Translations under genes and position numbers: made by a program
In this document: positions 19,219 to 28,620 of the stretch, piece after piece
Numbering within the stretch: the stretch's first letter is position 1
Layout of the letters: every line of letters starts with the position of its first letter
NCBI GenBank assembly: GCA_963815455.1
Contig: CAWFGO010000001.1
Coordinates: forward strand, 1,088,001-1,152,000
Length of the DNA: 64,000 nucleotides
Origin: an uncultured Verrucomicrobiae bacterium
GTDB taxonomy: Bacteria > Verrucomicrobiota > Verrucomicrobiia > Chthoniobacterales > UBA10450
Direction of reading: 5' to 3'
The notes under the pieces: model-generated
What the model saw: only the letters and a program-made list of their open reading frames with translations
Told to the model about the DNA's origin: nothing
Databases searched by the model: none

Positions 19219-20031
19219 ATGAAACTTAAATACATCGTCACAATTCTTGCGTTTGCCCTTGGTTTGACTGGAGCCAGGGCCGATCGCCTCGTCATCAAAG
19301 GATCCGACACGCTCGGGGCCAAGCTCGTGCCGCAACTGGCCGAGCAGTTCAAGGCACAACATCCCGGCACCACCTTCGACATCGCGGCCGAAGGCTCGAC
19401 CACCGGCATTGCCGCCATCATTGACGGCACCGCGGGGATCGGCATGTCCAGCCGACGGGCCAAATCCAGCGAAGTTGGAACGGCTGCGAGCAAGGGTAAA
19501 CATTTGAAACCAACCATCGTGGCCTACGACGGGATTGCGGTGATTGTGAACTCGGCCAACCCGATCAAGGGTCTGACCAAGAAACAGGTCGAGCAAATCT
19601 TCACCGGCGAAGTCACCGATTGGAGCGCCGTCGGCGGATCGGGCGGCAAAATCTCGGTCTATACACGAAATACTTCGTCGGGCACGTATTCCGACTTTAA
19701 AGAGCTGGCAATGAAGAAACGCGATTACGCCAGCGGCTCGCAGAAAATGGCCGGCAACGAACAGATCGCCTCTGAAGTCGGGAAAAATCCGAACGGCGTC
19801 GGCTACGTGGGGCTCGCTTACACGAAAGCTGGCGGAATCAAAGTGATGCCGATTGACGGTACCACGCCTTCGGTGCAATCGGTCCTGAACAAGTCGTATC
19901 CCTATGCCCGGCCGACGTTCTACTACACGAACGGAGAGCCGAGCGGACTGGCCAAGGATTTTCTCGATTTCACCATCGGCCCGGCCGGACAAAAGATTGT
20001 GTCCCGCGTCGGATTCGTTCCGATCAAGTGA
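19219..20031 (+). CDS. pstS: Phosphate ABC transporter substrate-binding protein
   Basis: Motifs IKGSDT, EGSTTG, MSSR, VAYDGIAVIV, RNTSSGT and YPYARP. Confidence 0.93.
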   Translation: MKLKYIVTILAFALGLTGARADRLVIKGSDTLGAKLVPQLAEQFKAQHPGTTFDIAAEGSTTGIAAIIDGTAGIGMSSRRAKSSEVGTAASKGKHLKPTIVAYDGIAVIVNSANPIKGLTKKQVEQIFTGEVTDWSAVGGSGGKISVYTRNTSSGTYSDFKELAMKKRDYASGSQKMAGNEQIASEVGKNPNGVGYVGLAYTKAGGIKVMPIDGTTPSVQSVLNKSYPYARPTFYYTNGEPSGLAKDFLDFTIGPAGQKIVSRVGFVPIK

Positions 20032-20051
20032 ACGGCTTGGCCTGAAGGCTC

Positions 20052-20068
20052 GCCACACAATTGTAACA
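20052..20068 (+). promoter_or_regulatory. Pho-box-like pair
   Basis: GCCACA 20052 and GTAACA 20063 (11-bp period). Confidence 0.6.
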
Positions 20069-20121
20069 ATAGTCCTTTTGCCGGAGTCGCGCCCAGCCGT
20101 TAGGTTTGCGCGCAACCGGGA

Positions 20122-21004
20122 ATGCAGTCACTAATCCTCCCCCCAGGGAACGAACAGACGATCCTCGGCGCGCCGGAGCAGCCTTTGTTCGGCGGCGACG
20201 AGCCGCCATCGATCTCGCCCAAAAAATATCGCACGGGCTGGATCTCCGATGCGCACCTGGGGACGCGCGGCGCGAATGCGGCGGCGTTGCTCGATTTTCT
20301 GCGAGAGCACGATTTCGAGACGCTCTACGTGGTGGGCGATTTGATCGATATCTGGTCGATGCGACGTAGCCGATACTGGCCGCAGGAGCACAACGATGTG
20401 ATCCAAAAGATTCTGCGCAAAGCGCGCAAGGGAACGCGCATCGTTTACATTCCTGGAAATCACGATGAGATGGTGACGGATTTTTGCGGAACCTACGGCA
20501 ACATCGCGATCCGCCGGAGCGCGATTCACGTCACCGAGACCGGGCAACGCATTCTCGTTATTCACGGTCACGAGCTCGATACGGTGGTCCAAAACGTGAA
20601 GTGGCTGGCCTTTCTCGGCGACGTTGGTTACCAGTTTCTGCTTTCGCTCAATCCGCTTATCAACTTCGTTACGACGCCGATTCGGGCTCGGTTACTGGTC
20701 GCTTAGCGCTTACGCGAAAAAACGGGTGAAAGACGCGGTCAGTTTCATCGGCAAGTTTGAAGCGGCGGTGGCCCATTACGCCGAGCTCAACCATGTCGAT
20801 GCTGTTCTCTGTGGACACATTCACAGCGTCGCCATTCGGGAAATCGGAAATACCCTCTATTATAATAGCGGTGACTGGGTCGAGAGCTGCACCGCGCTGG
20901 TGGAAGATGACGCCGGTTGCATCTCGATCGTCGATTACCTGCCCCGCGTCCATGCCGTCGCGCCGGCGGCGCGGGATCTGAACGCGGTCACGGCGTCAGC
21001 GTAG
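20122..21004 (+). pseudogene. plcP: PlcP-type phospholipase C (LpxH-like metallophosphoesterase), +1 frameshift near 20671 (possibly a sequencing error)
   Basis: Motifs WISDAHLG, VGDLID, PGNHDE, IHGH, CGHIH and NSGDWVESCTALVE; removing one base restores INFVRRRFGLGYWSLS. Confidence 0.75.
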
Positions 21005-21035
21005 ATCGGCATTGTCGATCTTACCCAAAAAGGAA

Positions 21036-21062
21036 GCGCCCCAGGCTTTGAACCTGGGGCGC
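21036..21062 (-). terminator. Rho-independent terminator
   Basis: gcgccccagg-ctttgaa-cctggggcgc followed by a T-rich tract on the minus strand. Confidence 0.65.
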
Positions 21063-21118
21063 CCAGCTCGACGCTATACCTCGCGAGCTTTTGTTTGCCC
21101 TAACCCGGTCGGAATTGA

Positions 21119-22708
21119 TCAGTCGCGAGGCAAGATCTGGAAGAGGTTGTTTTCGCCATGCTGCTGAGTGAAAAAGAGCGTGGCCTTGTCTTTGTTCAGT
21201 TGTTTTGTGCCGAGCAGCCCGTTGATCGAAGGATCTCCGTCGGACATGTGCAGCCCCGTCGGCTCGTTATCTTCGTCGGTTACGATCGGGGCCATCCGAT
21301 CCTCACCCAGTGCGACCAATCGAGCCGCGATAGTTTTGCGCGGTTCGTCTTTTTTGAGAAAATAGGCCCAGATCGAATCGAGCTTGTTTAACTGATCGTG
21401 CAACGTGTCGCCGCGATCTTCCGCCAGCAACAGCGTGTCCTTCTTGTCCGAGAACGCCATGTTATCAAAGGCCGCATGATCGGCGTCGCCCAAAACAACG
21501 AGCGTAATGTTTCCGGCGGTGCGGGTTTGATCGAGATCGACTCGGAAAACTCCGCCCCAGGCGCCACGGGCAGCCAGCGCAGGCTGAATCCCGGCCCGAT
21601 TATCGGTGTCGCCGGTGATGCAAAAGAAGAAGGTTTGAAAATGGGAATCCGGTTGGAACTGCGCGTTCTCCGGTCGCTTGAACGGAGTGGCACCGGCAGC
21701 CTTGGCGGCAGCGTTGGCATCGAACGGGGCGTTGCCGTTTACTGCGGTATCGTGAATCGTGATCCAGGTGACGGGCCACGAGGCGCCGATCGTATGCAAC
21801 AGGAGTTGATTATTCGACAGCGTGTCGCCATTCGGATGGCCCGCATCGACCGGCACGAACACCACCGGACTGCCGTTGATCGAGACTTGAAGCGCTTGCA
21901 ACTTACCCTGCGACAGGTCGGCGGGATTCATCGGCACGAATCGATAGACGAATGAGTTCGGATTTCTTCCGAAATTTACAGTAGTGCCGCCAACGTCTTC
22001 AATGATGAGAATATTGCCCAAATCATCAGGATGAATTCCTTCGAAACCACCGCGGCCCATGCTGCCGTAAAGAGTGCGCAAACCTGCGCCTCCACCGCTC
22101 ACAGGATCGAAATCGGCGCCCATCTCGATGACGCCTCCGGTCGTGCCCGCTTCCTCGGCAAAGAGCAGCGTTTGACTAAACGGGTCCCAGGTTGAGCCGT
22201 CGATGCTGTTGAACCCGGTCAGGCCTCCGCCGTCGACCGGTGTCAGCAACGTGATGCGATGATCGGGATGCGCAACGTCGAGATTGATCCGTGTAATGTA
22301 GGCGCGGTTGCCACTGTTCTCGTGGCCCTGGAAAAGGAAGCGCCGGCCGTAATCATATCCGGGCGTCGGACCGCCGGGATTATGATCGAGAATCAGATAG
22401 GTGTTCTCGTCCGGTTCCGTGCGCGTGTTGCTCCCGTCGTTCAGATTGCCGAACTTCGTGATCACGCCGGAAGGATTTTCCAGCAGATCGAGGCCCTCGG
22501 CGACCAGACCGGGAGTGAACTCCGGCGACAGGACGTTGTCTGCGATTACCTGGGTACTGGCCGCGGGCACGCCGCTGACTTTCTTGTCGAATATCTTGGG
22601 ATCGTCGGCGAGGACGTTGTTGGCGAGGGCAACGACTGCCATGATTGCCAGCGCAAAGATGGGTCGCCGCGTGCTCGCCAGCGGTGAAGATTGAATCGTT
22701 TTATTCAT
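21119..22708 (-). CDS. phoX: Alkaline phosphatase, PhoX family (DUF839)
   Basis: Tat-like STRRPIF signal; EPDEN, QGHE, FEG, FKRPEN, FDNM, ED, NEPTG and QQHG. Confidence 0.8.
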   Translation of the reverse strand: MNKTIQSSPLASTRRPIFALAIMAVVALANNVLADDPKIFDKKVSGVPAASTQVIADNVLSPEFTPGLVAEGLDLLENPSGVITKFGNLNDGSNTRTEPDENTYLILDHNPGGPTPGYDYGRRFLFQGHENSGNRAYITRINLDVAHPDHRITLLTPVDGGGLTGFNSIDGSTWDPFSQTLLFAEEAGTTGGVIEMGADFDPVSGGGAGLRTLYGSMGRGGFEGIHPDDLGNILIIEDVGGTTVNFGRNPNSFVYRFVPMNPADLSQGKLQALQVSINGSPVVFVPVDAGHPNGDTLSNNQLLLHTIGASWPVTWITIHDTAVNGNAPFDANAAAKAAGATPFKRPENAQFQPDSHFQTFFFCITGDTDNRAGIQPALAARGAWGGVFRVDLDQTRTAGNITLVVLGDADHAAFDNMAFSDKKDTLLLAEDRGDTLHDQLNKLDSIWAYFLKKDEPRKTIAARLVALGEDRMAPIVTDEDNEPTGLHMSDGDPSINGLLGTKQLNKDKATLFFTQQHGENNLFQILPRD

Positions 22709-22794
22709 TTATTGTGGATTTGGATTAATTGAATGAGTTGATGTGTTTTGTTAATGGCGGCATTTCGCCGCGCACATGACTGCTACACAACGTG

Positions 22795-22833
22795 TGTCAC
22801 GGACCGGTGGAGAATGGGTAAAGAATGAGTTAC
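22795..22833 (-). promoter_or_regulatory. Degenerate Pho-box-like array facing phoX
   Basis: Minus strand GTAACT, TTTACC, TCCACC, GTGACA at 11-bp period. Confidence 0.5.
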
Positions 22834-22924
22834 TTCGAGATGAAGAATAATCGCCGAGGGAAAAGTCGCCCTGACCGGCTCTATCGCGAGGGACAGTGCG
22901 GTACCTCGGACAGCGTCAGGAAAC

Positions 22925-22963
22925 GCTACGAACTTGTAACGCGGCTGTCACTGGCCCGTTACC
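22925..22963 (+). promoter_or_regulatory. Pho-box-like array (4 units)
   Basis: GCTACG 22925, GTAACG 22936, GTCACT 22947, GTTACC 22958. Confidence 0.75.
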
Positions 22964-23120
22964 GCCGAATTTCGATTCCAGTGTCGTTCTGCCCAGTGTC
23001 GTCCGAAAACCTCCGACCAAGCGAAATTTTCACGACCAGCAATTGCCAAGTTGCCGTCTTCCCGAATTAACCTGTTTGTCGCCTGCGTTTTCTCACCTCC
23101 AGGGCGATGGAAGAACAGGC

Positions 23121-23798
23121 ATGAAGCGAATTCTGATTATCGATGACGAGTCTGACGTTGCTGATCTCCTCGCCATCAATCTCTACAAGCACGGACAATT
23201 CACCATTTCCACTGCGGTGGACGGAGCCGTCGGTCTCCGGAAGGCTCGCGAAGAGGCCCCGACCTTGATTGTTCTTGATTTGATGCTGCCGGGCATGTCT
23301 GGATTCGAGGTTTGCCGGTCTCTCAAAGAGGATTCGATCACCGAGGGAATACCGGTCATCGTTCTCACCGCGAGGGCCGAAGCAGTCGACCGGGTTCGCG
23401 GTCTCGAGCTGGGAGCGGACGACTACGTAACCAAGCCCTTTAGCCCGCGCGAGGTTGTCTTGCGAATAAATGCCCTCGCCCGTCACAATAGAAGCACCGG
23501 AGGAGAACAGGAATGGGCGGTTGGGAATATTTCAGTGAATCCCACCCGTCACGAGGTTTGTGTTGGCGGCAGCGCGGTGCGCCTCACGGCGATTGAATTC
23601 AAACTATTGAGCCACTTGATTCAAACACGCGGGCGCATTCAATCGCGCGATCACCTTCTCAATCAGGTTTGGGAGTATTCGGACTTGATGACAACGCGAA
23701 CGGTTGATGCGCATATGCTTCGGTTACGAAAGAAGCTGGGTGAAGCTCGCGACGTGATCGAGACCGTACGCAGCTACGGATACCGCTTTCGGGAATAA
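23121..23798 (+). CDS. OmpR/PhoB-family response regulator
   Basis: ILIIDDE, LDLMLP, GADDYVTKPFSPRE and TRTVDAHMLRLRKKL. Confidence 0.93.
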   Translation: MKRILIIDDESDVADLLAINLYKHGQFTISTAVDGAVGLRKAREEAPTLIVLDLMLPGMSGFEVCRSLKEDSITEGIPVIVLTARAEAVDRVRGLELGADDYVTKPFSPREVVLRINALARHNRSTGGEQEWAVGNISVNPTRHEVCVGGSAVRLTAIEFKLLSHLIQTRGRIQSRDHLLNQVWEYSDLMTTRTVDAHMLRLRKKLGEARDVIETVRSYGYRFRE

Positions 23799-23848
23799 TC
23801 TGACTTGCGCCCTGGCCTTCCTTGAGTGGCCGCGCGCCGCGTGGAAAA

Positions 23849-23887
23849 GCTACCAATTTGTAACCCGGCTGTCACCCAACCGTCACG
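23849..23887 (+). promoter_or_regulatory. Pho-box-like array (4 units)
   Basis: GCTACC 23849, GTAACC 23860, GTCACC 23871, GTCACG 23882. Confidence 0.8.
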
Positions 23888-23907
23888 GCCGATTTCGATT
23901 CACGGAT

Positions 23908-25230
23908 ATGCAAAACTCCCTGTTCATTCGATCGCTCTGGGCCGTTGCCTGTCTGTTCGTTATCAATCTTGCAAGCGACGCGCGCGGGCAGGGTAATTCC
24001 CTTCCATCGCCCGAAACCGCCGGATTCGAGCATGTCGTGGTGGTAATGATGGAGAACAGATCGTTTGATCATTTCTTCGGCTGGCTGCCCGGCGCAAACG
24101 GACAACAAGCGGGTTTGAATTACCTAGACAGCCAGGGTAACTCGCATCCGACCCATTCACTGCCGCCGGATTATCAAGGGTGCGGCTTTCTTGATCCCGG
24201 CCATTCCTATTCGGACGGCCGGGTCCAATTTCACAGTGGCGCCTGCGACGGGTTTCTGCTGGACGGGTCGAACGCGATAACGGGAAATCCGAACCAGGCG
24301 AACGACATCTTCGCGATCGGATACTATGGCCAGAACGATCTCGCCTTTCTGGGAGCCGCCGGTCCGGCCTTCACTGTCTGCGACAATTATTTTTGCGGCA
24401 TCATGGCCGAGACCTACCCAAACCGCTTTTACATGCATGCAGCCCAAACCGATCGTCTCGAGAATAACTATGACATCTCGACGTTGCCGACGATCTGGAG
24501 CAGGCTCGAAGAAAAAGGGTTCAGCGGCCGATATTACTTCAGCGATCTGCCGTTTCTCGGCTTGTGGGCGACGCGTTACGTCAACATTTCCAAACCGTTT
24601 CCGCAATTTCTGGCTGATGCGGCAAATGGGACGCTACCCAACGTCGCTTTTATCGATCCGCGCTTTGAAGACGAGAGCAGCGGAACTTCAAACGACGATC
24701 ACCCGCACGCTGACATCCGGAACGGCGAAGTATTTCTAAATCAAATTTACGACGCGTTACGCAATAGTCCGAACTGGTCCAAAACAATTCTAATCATCAC
24801 CTACGATGAGTGGGGCGGATTTTTCGATCACGTGCCGCCACCGATTGCACCGATTCCGCCTGCTTCAGCGGCGGCTGGCGACGTGGATGGTCGTCTCGGG
24901 TTCCGTGTTCCATGCGTGGTGATCTCACCGTACGCGCGGCGAAATTTTATTGCCCACGGCCAGTATGATCACACATCGATTTTAAAGATGATCGAATGGC
25001 GATTCGGTCTGCCGTCGTTGACCGTGCGCGATGAGATCGCAAATAATTTGGCAGACGTGCTCGACTTCTCGACGGCGAACTTGAGCGCACCGGCATTCAG
25101 TGTTCCAACTGGGCCATTCGGCGCGCCTTGCCTGCCGGCGGGAAATAATTCCAAGGCAACTCGGCGGTCGCGCGATCTTCAACAGTTACGCGCCCTCGCG
25201 ATTCAATCCGGATTTCGAGGAGTTAAATAA
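23908..25230 (+). CDS. Secreted phosphoesterase / phospholipase C-acid phosphatase family protein
   Basis: Signal peptide; HVVVVMMENRSFDHFFG, TYPNR, DDHP, TYDEWGGFFDHV and GFRVP. Confidence 0.9.
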   Translation: MQNSLFIRSLWAVACLFVINLASDARGQGNSLPSPETAGFEHVVVVMMENRSFDHFFGWLPGANGQQAGLNYLDSQGNSHPTHSLPPDYQGCGFLDPGHSYSDGRVQFHSGACDGFLLDGSNAITGNPNQANDIFAIGYYGQNDLAFLGAAGPAFTVCDNYFCGIMAETYPNRFYMHAAQTDRLENNYDISTLPTIWSRLEEKGFSGRYYFSDLPFLGLWATRYVNISKPFPQFLADAANGTLPNVAFIDPRFEDESSGTSNDDHPHADIRNGEVFLNQIYDALRNSPNWSKTILIITYDEWGGFFDHVPPPIAPIPPASAAAGDVDGRLGFRVPCVVISPYARRNFIAHGQYDHTSILKMIEWRFGLPSLTVRDEIANNLADVLDFSTANLSAPAFSVPTGPFGAPCLPAGNNSKATRRSRDLQQLRALAIQSGFRGVK

Positions 25231-25231
25231 T

Positions 25232-27514
25232 ATGAAGCGTTATCTCATCGCATTTTCGATCTTCGCGGTATTGCTCGCAGCAGTTCATGCCGCCAAAAAC
25301 AAACCGCAGTTAATCAACACTTTCGCATCCGGACGTTGGTGGGGCGAGACTCCGTCGAGCCAGGCTTCACCGCAACAAATTGCCACCGCCCCTGTTCGGC
25401 CGGATCACATCGTCATCGTGATCATGGAAAACCATTCGTTTGGCCAGATCATTGGTTCGCCGGAAGCACCGCATATCAATGCTCTCGCTGCGGAAGGCGC
25501 AAGTATCGTCAATGGCCCAATGGACCCGGCCGGACTCCATAGCGGTTCGCACGCCGTTCGCCATCCGAGCCAGCCGAATTATCTCGAGCTGTTTTCCGGG
25601 AACAATCAAGGCACGATCCAGGATGGACATCCCGGCACGAGCAGCGAACCGTTTACTTCGCCGCCGCCGTTTGCGACACCAAATCTGGGAGCGGCCTTGC
25701 GACACGCCGGCTACACCTTCGCCACCTATTCGGAAGATCTGCCTTCGGTTGGATCCGATGACGACGGCGGCGGCGGCTCGTCCGGCTATCAACGAAAACA
25801 TAATCCGGCGGTGAACTGGCAGAGTGCCGACGCCGGCCCGGCTAACAATCATCTCCCGCCCGAGCTGAATCAGCCGTTCTTTCCGTTGCCCGGCCAACCG
25901 GCTACCGGTTTCCCAACGGATTTTAATCAGCTTCCAACGGTCGCAATCGTGGTGCCGAATCAGCAGCACGACATGCACGACGGCACGATTGCGGAAGGCG
26001 ACATCTGGATAAAACAGAACATCATCGACACCTATTATCGTTGGGCCAAAACGCACAACAGCCTGCTTATCGTTACTTTCGATGAAGACGGCGATGACAC
26101 GGCGTCGAACCAGATCACGACCATCTTCGCCGGCCCGATGATTCAACCGGGTAATTACACCGAGACCGACCTCAACATTGGTAATCCCTATGTTGGAGCG
26201 CCCGGCGATCCCGGCATTCAAACACCCACGGGCACAGCCATGAATCACTGGAACGTGCTTTCGACCATTCTCGATCTTTACGGGCTGGCTCATATTGACC
26301 GCTCGATCAATCGCCCCGCGCTCACTGATATTTTTCTGTCGCCCTTGATCGTTAGGCCACTGGTCGTGCCCAACGCGCTCACGGGAAGACAGGGCGATCT
26401 CGGAAACCTTTTCCCTCTCTTCTCCTCCCAGCCGATTCGTTACCAGCAGGTTTATCGCAGCTTGGAATTTTCGCGTTTTGCCGCCGGCGGGGAAATGATC
26501 ACCAGCATCGCTTTCCGCGCGCACTTGCCCGGCCTGCCTTTCACCGGCACGATCCCGCAACTACAAGTTAATCTTTCCACCACAAACCGATCTCCGGACA
26601 ATCTGAACACAACCTTTGCAGCGAACGTCGGAGCGGATGACGCGCAGGTTTTTTCCGGTCCCTTGAGCATCGTTGTCACCGATAGTGGTCCGCAGGATGG
26701 CCCAACGAACTTCGATGTGGTGATCAACTTCAGCACACCGTTCCATTACGATCCGAGCCAGGGAAATCTGCTAGTGGACATTCGGAATCTTCAAGGCGGA
26801 ACCCAGACGCCACCGCTCGATCAACAACTTGATGCCACCAGTACAACGGGCGATGCCGTTTCTCGCGTATTCAATTACGGCGATGCCAATGCAACTTCGG
26901 CGGGCCAGACCGGAGGCGTTGATGAACTCGACACGATAGGATTGGTCGCGCAGTTCGGCACGAACACCAGTCCGGGAGTCACCCCGGTCCATGTGATCAC
27001 CGTAGTTTCGAGGAAAATGCATGGCGGTGCTGGAACGTTCGATGTCGATCTTCCCATGTCGGGCCAGCCGGGAATCGAGTGCCGATCCGGCGGCGCGAAT
27101 GGCGAGCACACCATCGTCTTCACATTTGGTGATACCCTCACTCAAGTGGACGGCGCGACCGTTACTAGTGGCACGGGCAGTGTGAACAACAGCATGATCG
27201 ACAGCGCCGACTCCCATCGCTACATCGTCCATCTCACCGGCGTTGCGAACACGCAGACGATCACAGTTACCCTGACCAACGTGACCGACTCGGCCGGAGA
27301 CAGCAGTAGCGGCGTCTCAGCATCCATGAGCGTTCTGGCCGGCGATAGCACGGCCAACGGTTCGGTAAATTCCGGCGACATCGCCCAGATCAAGTCGGAG
27401 TCAGGACAGGCCGTCACGGCGACCAATTTCCGCGAAGACTTGAATGCCGACGGGGCGATCGACAGCAGCGATATCGCATTTGCCAAGTCGAAATCCGGCG
27501 CTGGATTGCCCTGA
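25232..27514 (+). CDS. Secreted acid phosphatase-type phosphoesterase with a middle beta domain and a C-terminal dockerin-like module
   Basis: HIVIVIMENHS, HPSQPNY, RKHNP, DMHDG, TFDE; C-terminus SRKMHG...GIECRSGG...GDSTANGSVNSGD...DLNADGAIDSSD. Confidence 0.85.
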   Translation: MKRYLIAFSIFAVLLAAVHAAKNKPQLINTFASGRWWGETPSSQASPQQIATAPVRPDHIVIVIMENHSFGQIIGSPEAPHINALAAEGASIVNGPMDPAGLHSGSHAVRHPSQPNYLELFSGNNQGTIQDGHPGTSSEPFTSPPPFATPNLGAALRHAGYTFATYSEDLPSVGSDDDGGGGSSGYQRKHNPAVNWQSADAGPANNHLPPELNQPFFPLPGQPATGFPTDFNQLPTVAIVVPNQQHDMHDGTIAEGDIWIKQNIIDTYYRWAKTHNSLLIVTFDEDGDDTASNQITTIFAGPMIQPGNYTETDLNIGNPYVGAPGDPGIQTPTGTAMNHWNVLSTILDLYGLAHIDRSINRPALTDIFLSPLIVRPLVVPNALTGRQGDLGNLFPLFSSQPIRYQQVYRSLEFSRFAAGGEMITSIAFRAHLPGLPFTGTIPQLQVNLSTTNRSPDNLNTTFAANVGADDAQVFSGPLSIVVTDSGPQDGPTNFDVVINFSTPFHYDPSQGNLLVDIRNLQGGTQTPPLDQQLDATSTTGDAVSRVFNYGDANATSAGQTGGVDELDTIGLVAQFGTNTSPGVTPVHVITVVSRKMHGGAGTFDVDLPMSGQPGIECRSGGANGEHTIVFTFGDTLTQVDGATVTSGTGSVNNSMIDSADSHRYIVHLTGVANTQTITVTLTNVTDSAGDSSSGVSASMSVLAGDSTANGSVNSGDIAQIKSESGQAVTATNFREDLNADGAIDSSDIAFAKSKSGAGLP

Positions 27515-27578
27515 ACGACAATGATCGGTTCGCTCTTCGTGAGGGCGAAAGATCAGGCGCGGTTTCGGTGGAAATCGT

Positions 27579-27617
27579 GTCACACAATTGTCACACAACG
27601 CGCGCCGAATTGTTACC
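27579..27617 (+). promoter_or_regulatory. Pho-box-like array
   Basis: GTCACA 27579, GTCACA 27590, GTTACC 27612; TAGCGT at 27651. Confidence 0.7.
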
Positions 27618-27746
27618 CTTCACTTCTCGACTAAAACGCGCGCGACGTTCTAGCGTTGAGTCAATCTGAAAGCGCGTTCCCGGAAGTCCCGCGGCCGCTT
27701 CGGTGGAACCCCAAAACGAACCCAAAAACAGCGAACCATCTATCTT

Positions 27747-28571
27747 ATGAGACTAAAAAAACTCGCAGCACTCACCGCTCTGGCACTCGCGGCCACGGCG
27801 CTCATCGCACCCTCGGCCAAAGCGCAGGTAGTTTACAATAACGCGAACGGCGATTTCCTACTCGGTTTCCGCAAGGAAGGAAACACCAATAGCGTCCTGG
27901 TAGACATCGGACCGATTCTCGATTTTAACGTCGGCCAGGTTTTCCAGCTCGGTAATTTGGGCACGGTGTTGTCCTCGACATTCGGCGCCGGCTGGAACAC
28001 CGATCCCACGGTCTGGTGGAGTCTCGCGGCAACCACTCGGCCCGGGGATCCAACCAGAACGAACTATGTCACATCCCCCACTGGTGTTCCTTGGAACCGG
28101 CTCACCAGCACGACCGCGCTCATTTTGCAAAACAAGATCATTGCCATGGGCAACCAGTATAACGCTTTCGTCGGCCAGCAAACAATGGGCAATCCCGCCG
28201 TGGTGGAAGCGCAAGCCAGCGCGCCGGACGGATACCGGGAATATCACCCGGGTGGCACGAACGACGCGGGACACGCTCAAGGCGACATCAGCTTCGGTTT
28301 CTTTAATCCAACCACCGAAACCAATTTTGGCGCAGGGGGCTCTGTAACCCACAGCCCACAGCAGATCGATTCGTTCACCCTATCTCTTGTCCAACTCGTT
28401 CCCGGTTCCGGCCCGGGAAGCATTCTGGGCACGTTTACGCTGAGCCCCGATGGCAGCAGCCTGGGATATCTGCCGATTCCTGAGCCGTCCACTTATGCGC
28501 TGTTGGCCTTCACCCTAACCGGTCTCGCAGTTTTCCGCCGCCGGTTCTTCAGGAAAAAAATTCAATCCTAA
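27747..28571 (+). CDS. PEP-CTERM sorting-domain surface protein
   Basis: Signal peptide; C-terminal IPEPSTYALL, a TM helix, then RRRFFRKK. Confidence 0.9.
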   Translation: MRLKKLAALTALALAATALIAPSAKAQVVYNNANGDFLLGFRKEGNTNSVLVDIGPILDFNVGQVFQLGNLGTVLSSTFGAGWNTDPTVWWSLAATTRPGDPTRTNYVTSPTGVPWNRLTSTTALILQNKIIAMGNQYNAFVGQQTMGNPAVVEAQASAPDGYREYHPGGTNDAGHAQGDISFGFFNPTTETNFGAGGSVTHSPQQIDSFTLSLVQLVPGSGPGSILGTFTLSPDGSSLGYLPIPEPSTYALLAFTLTGLAVFRRRFFRKKIQS

Positions 28572-28620
28572 GCATCAACCCACAACAACTACTCAGAAGA
28601 ACATCAAATCCCATACTTGT

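Noticed and set aside
22896..23120. 75-aa N-terminal extension of the response regulator
   Set aside because: It runs through the hexamer promoter array; the receiver domain starts at 23121
22965..23120. Riboswitch or ncRNA in the leader of the first regulator (ccagtgtcgt repeated twice)
   Set aside because: No recognisable family consensus; an Rfam search would be needed
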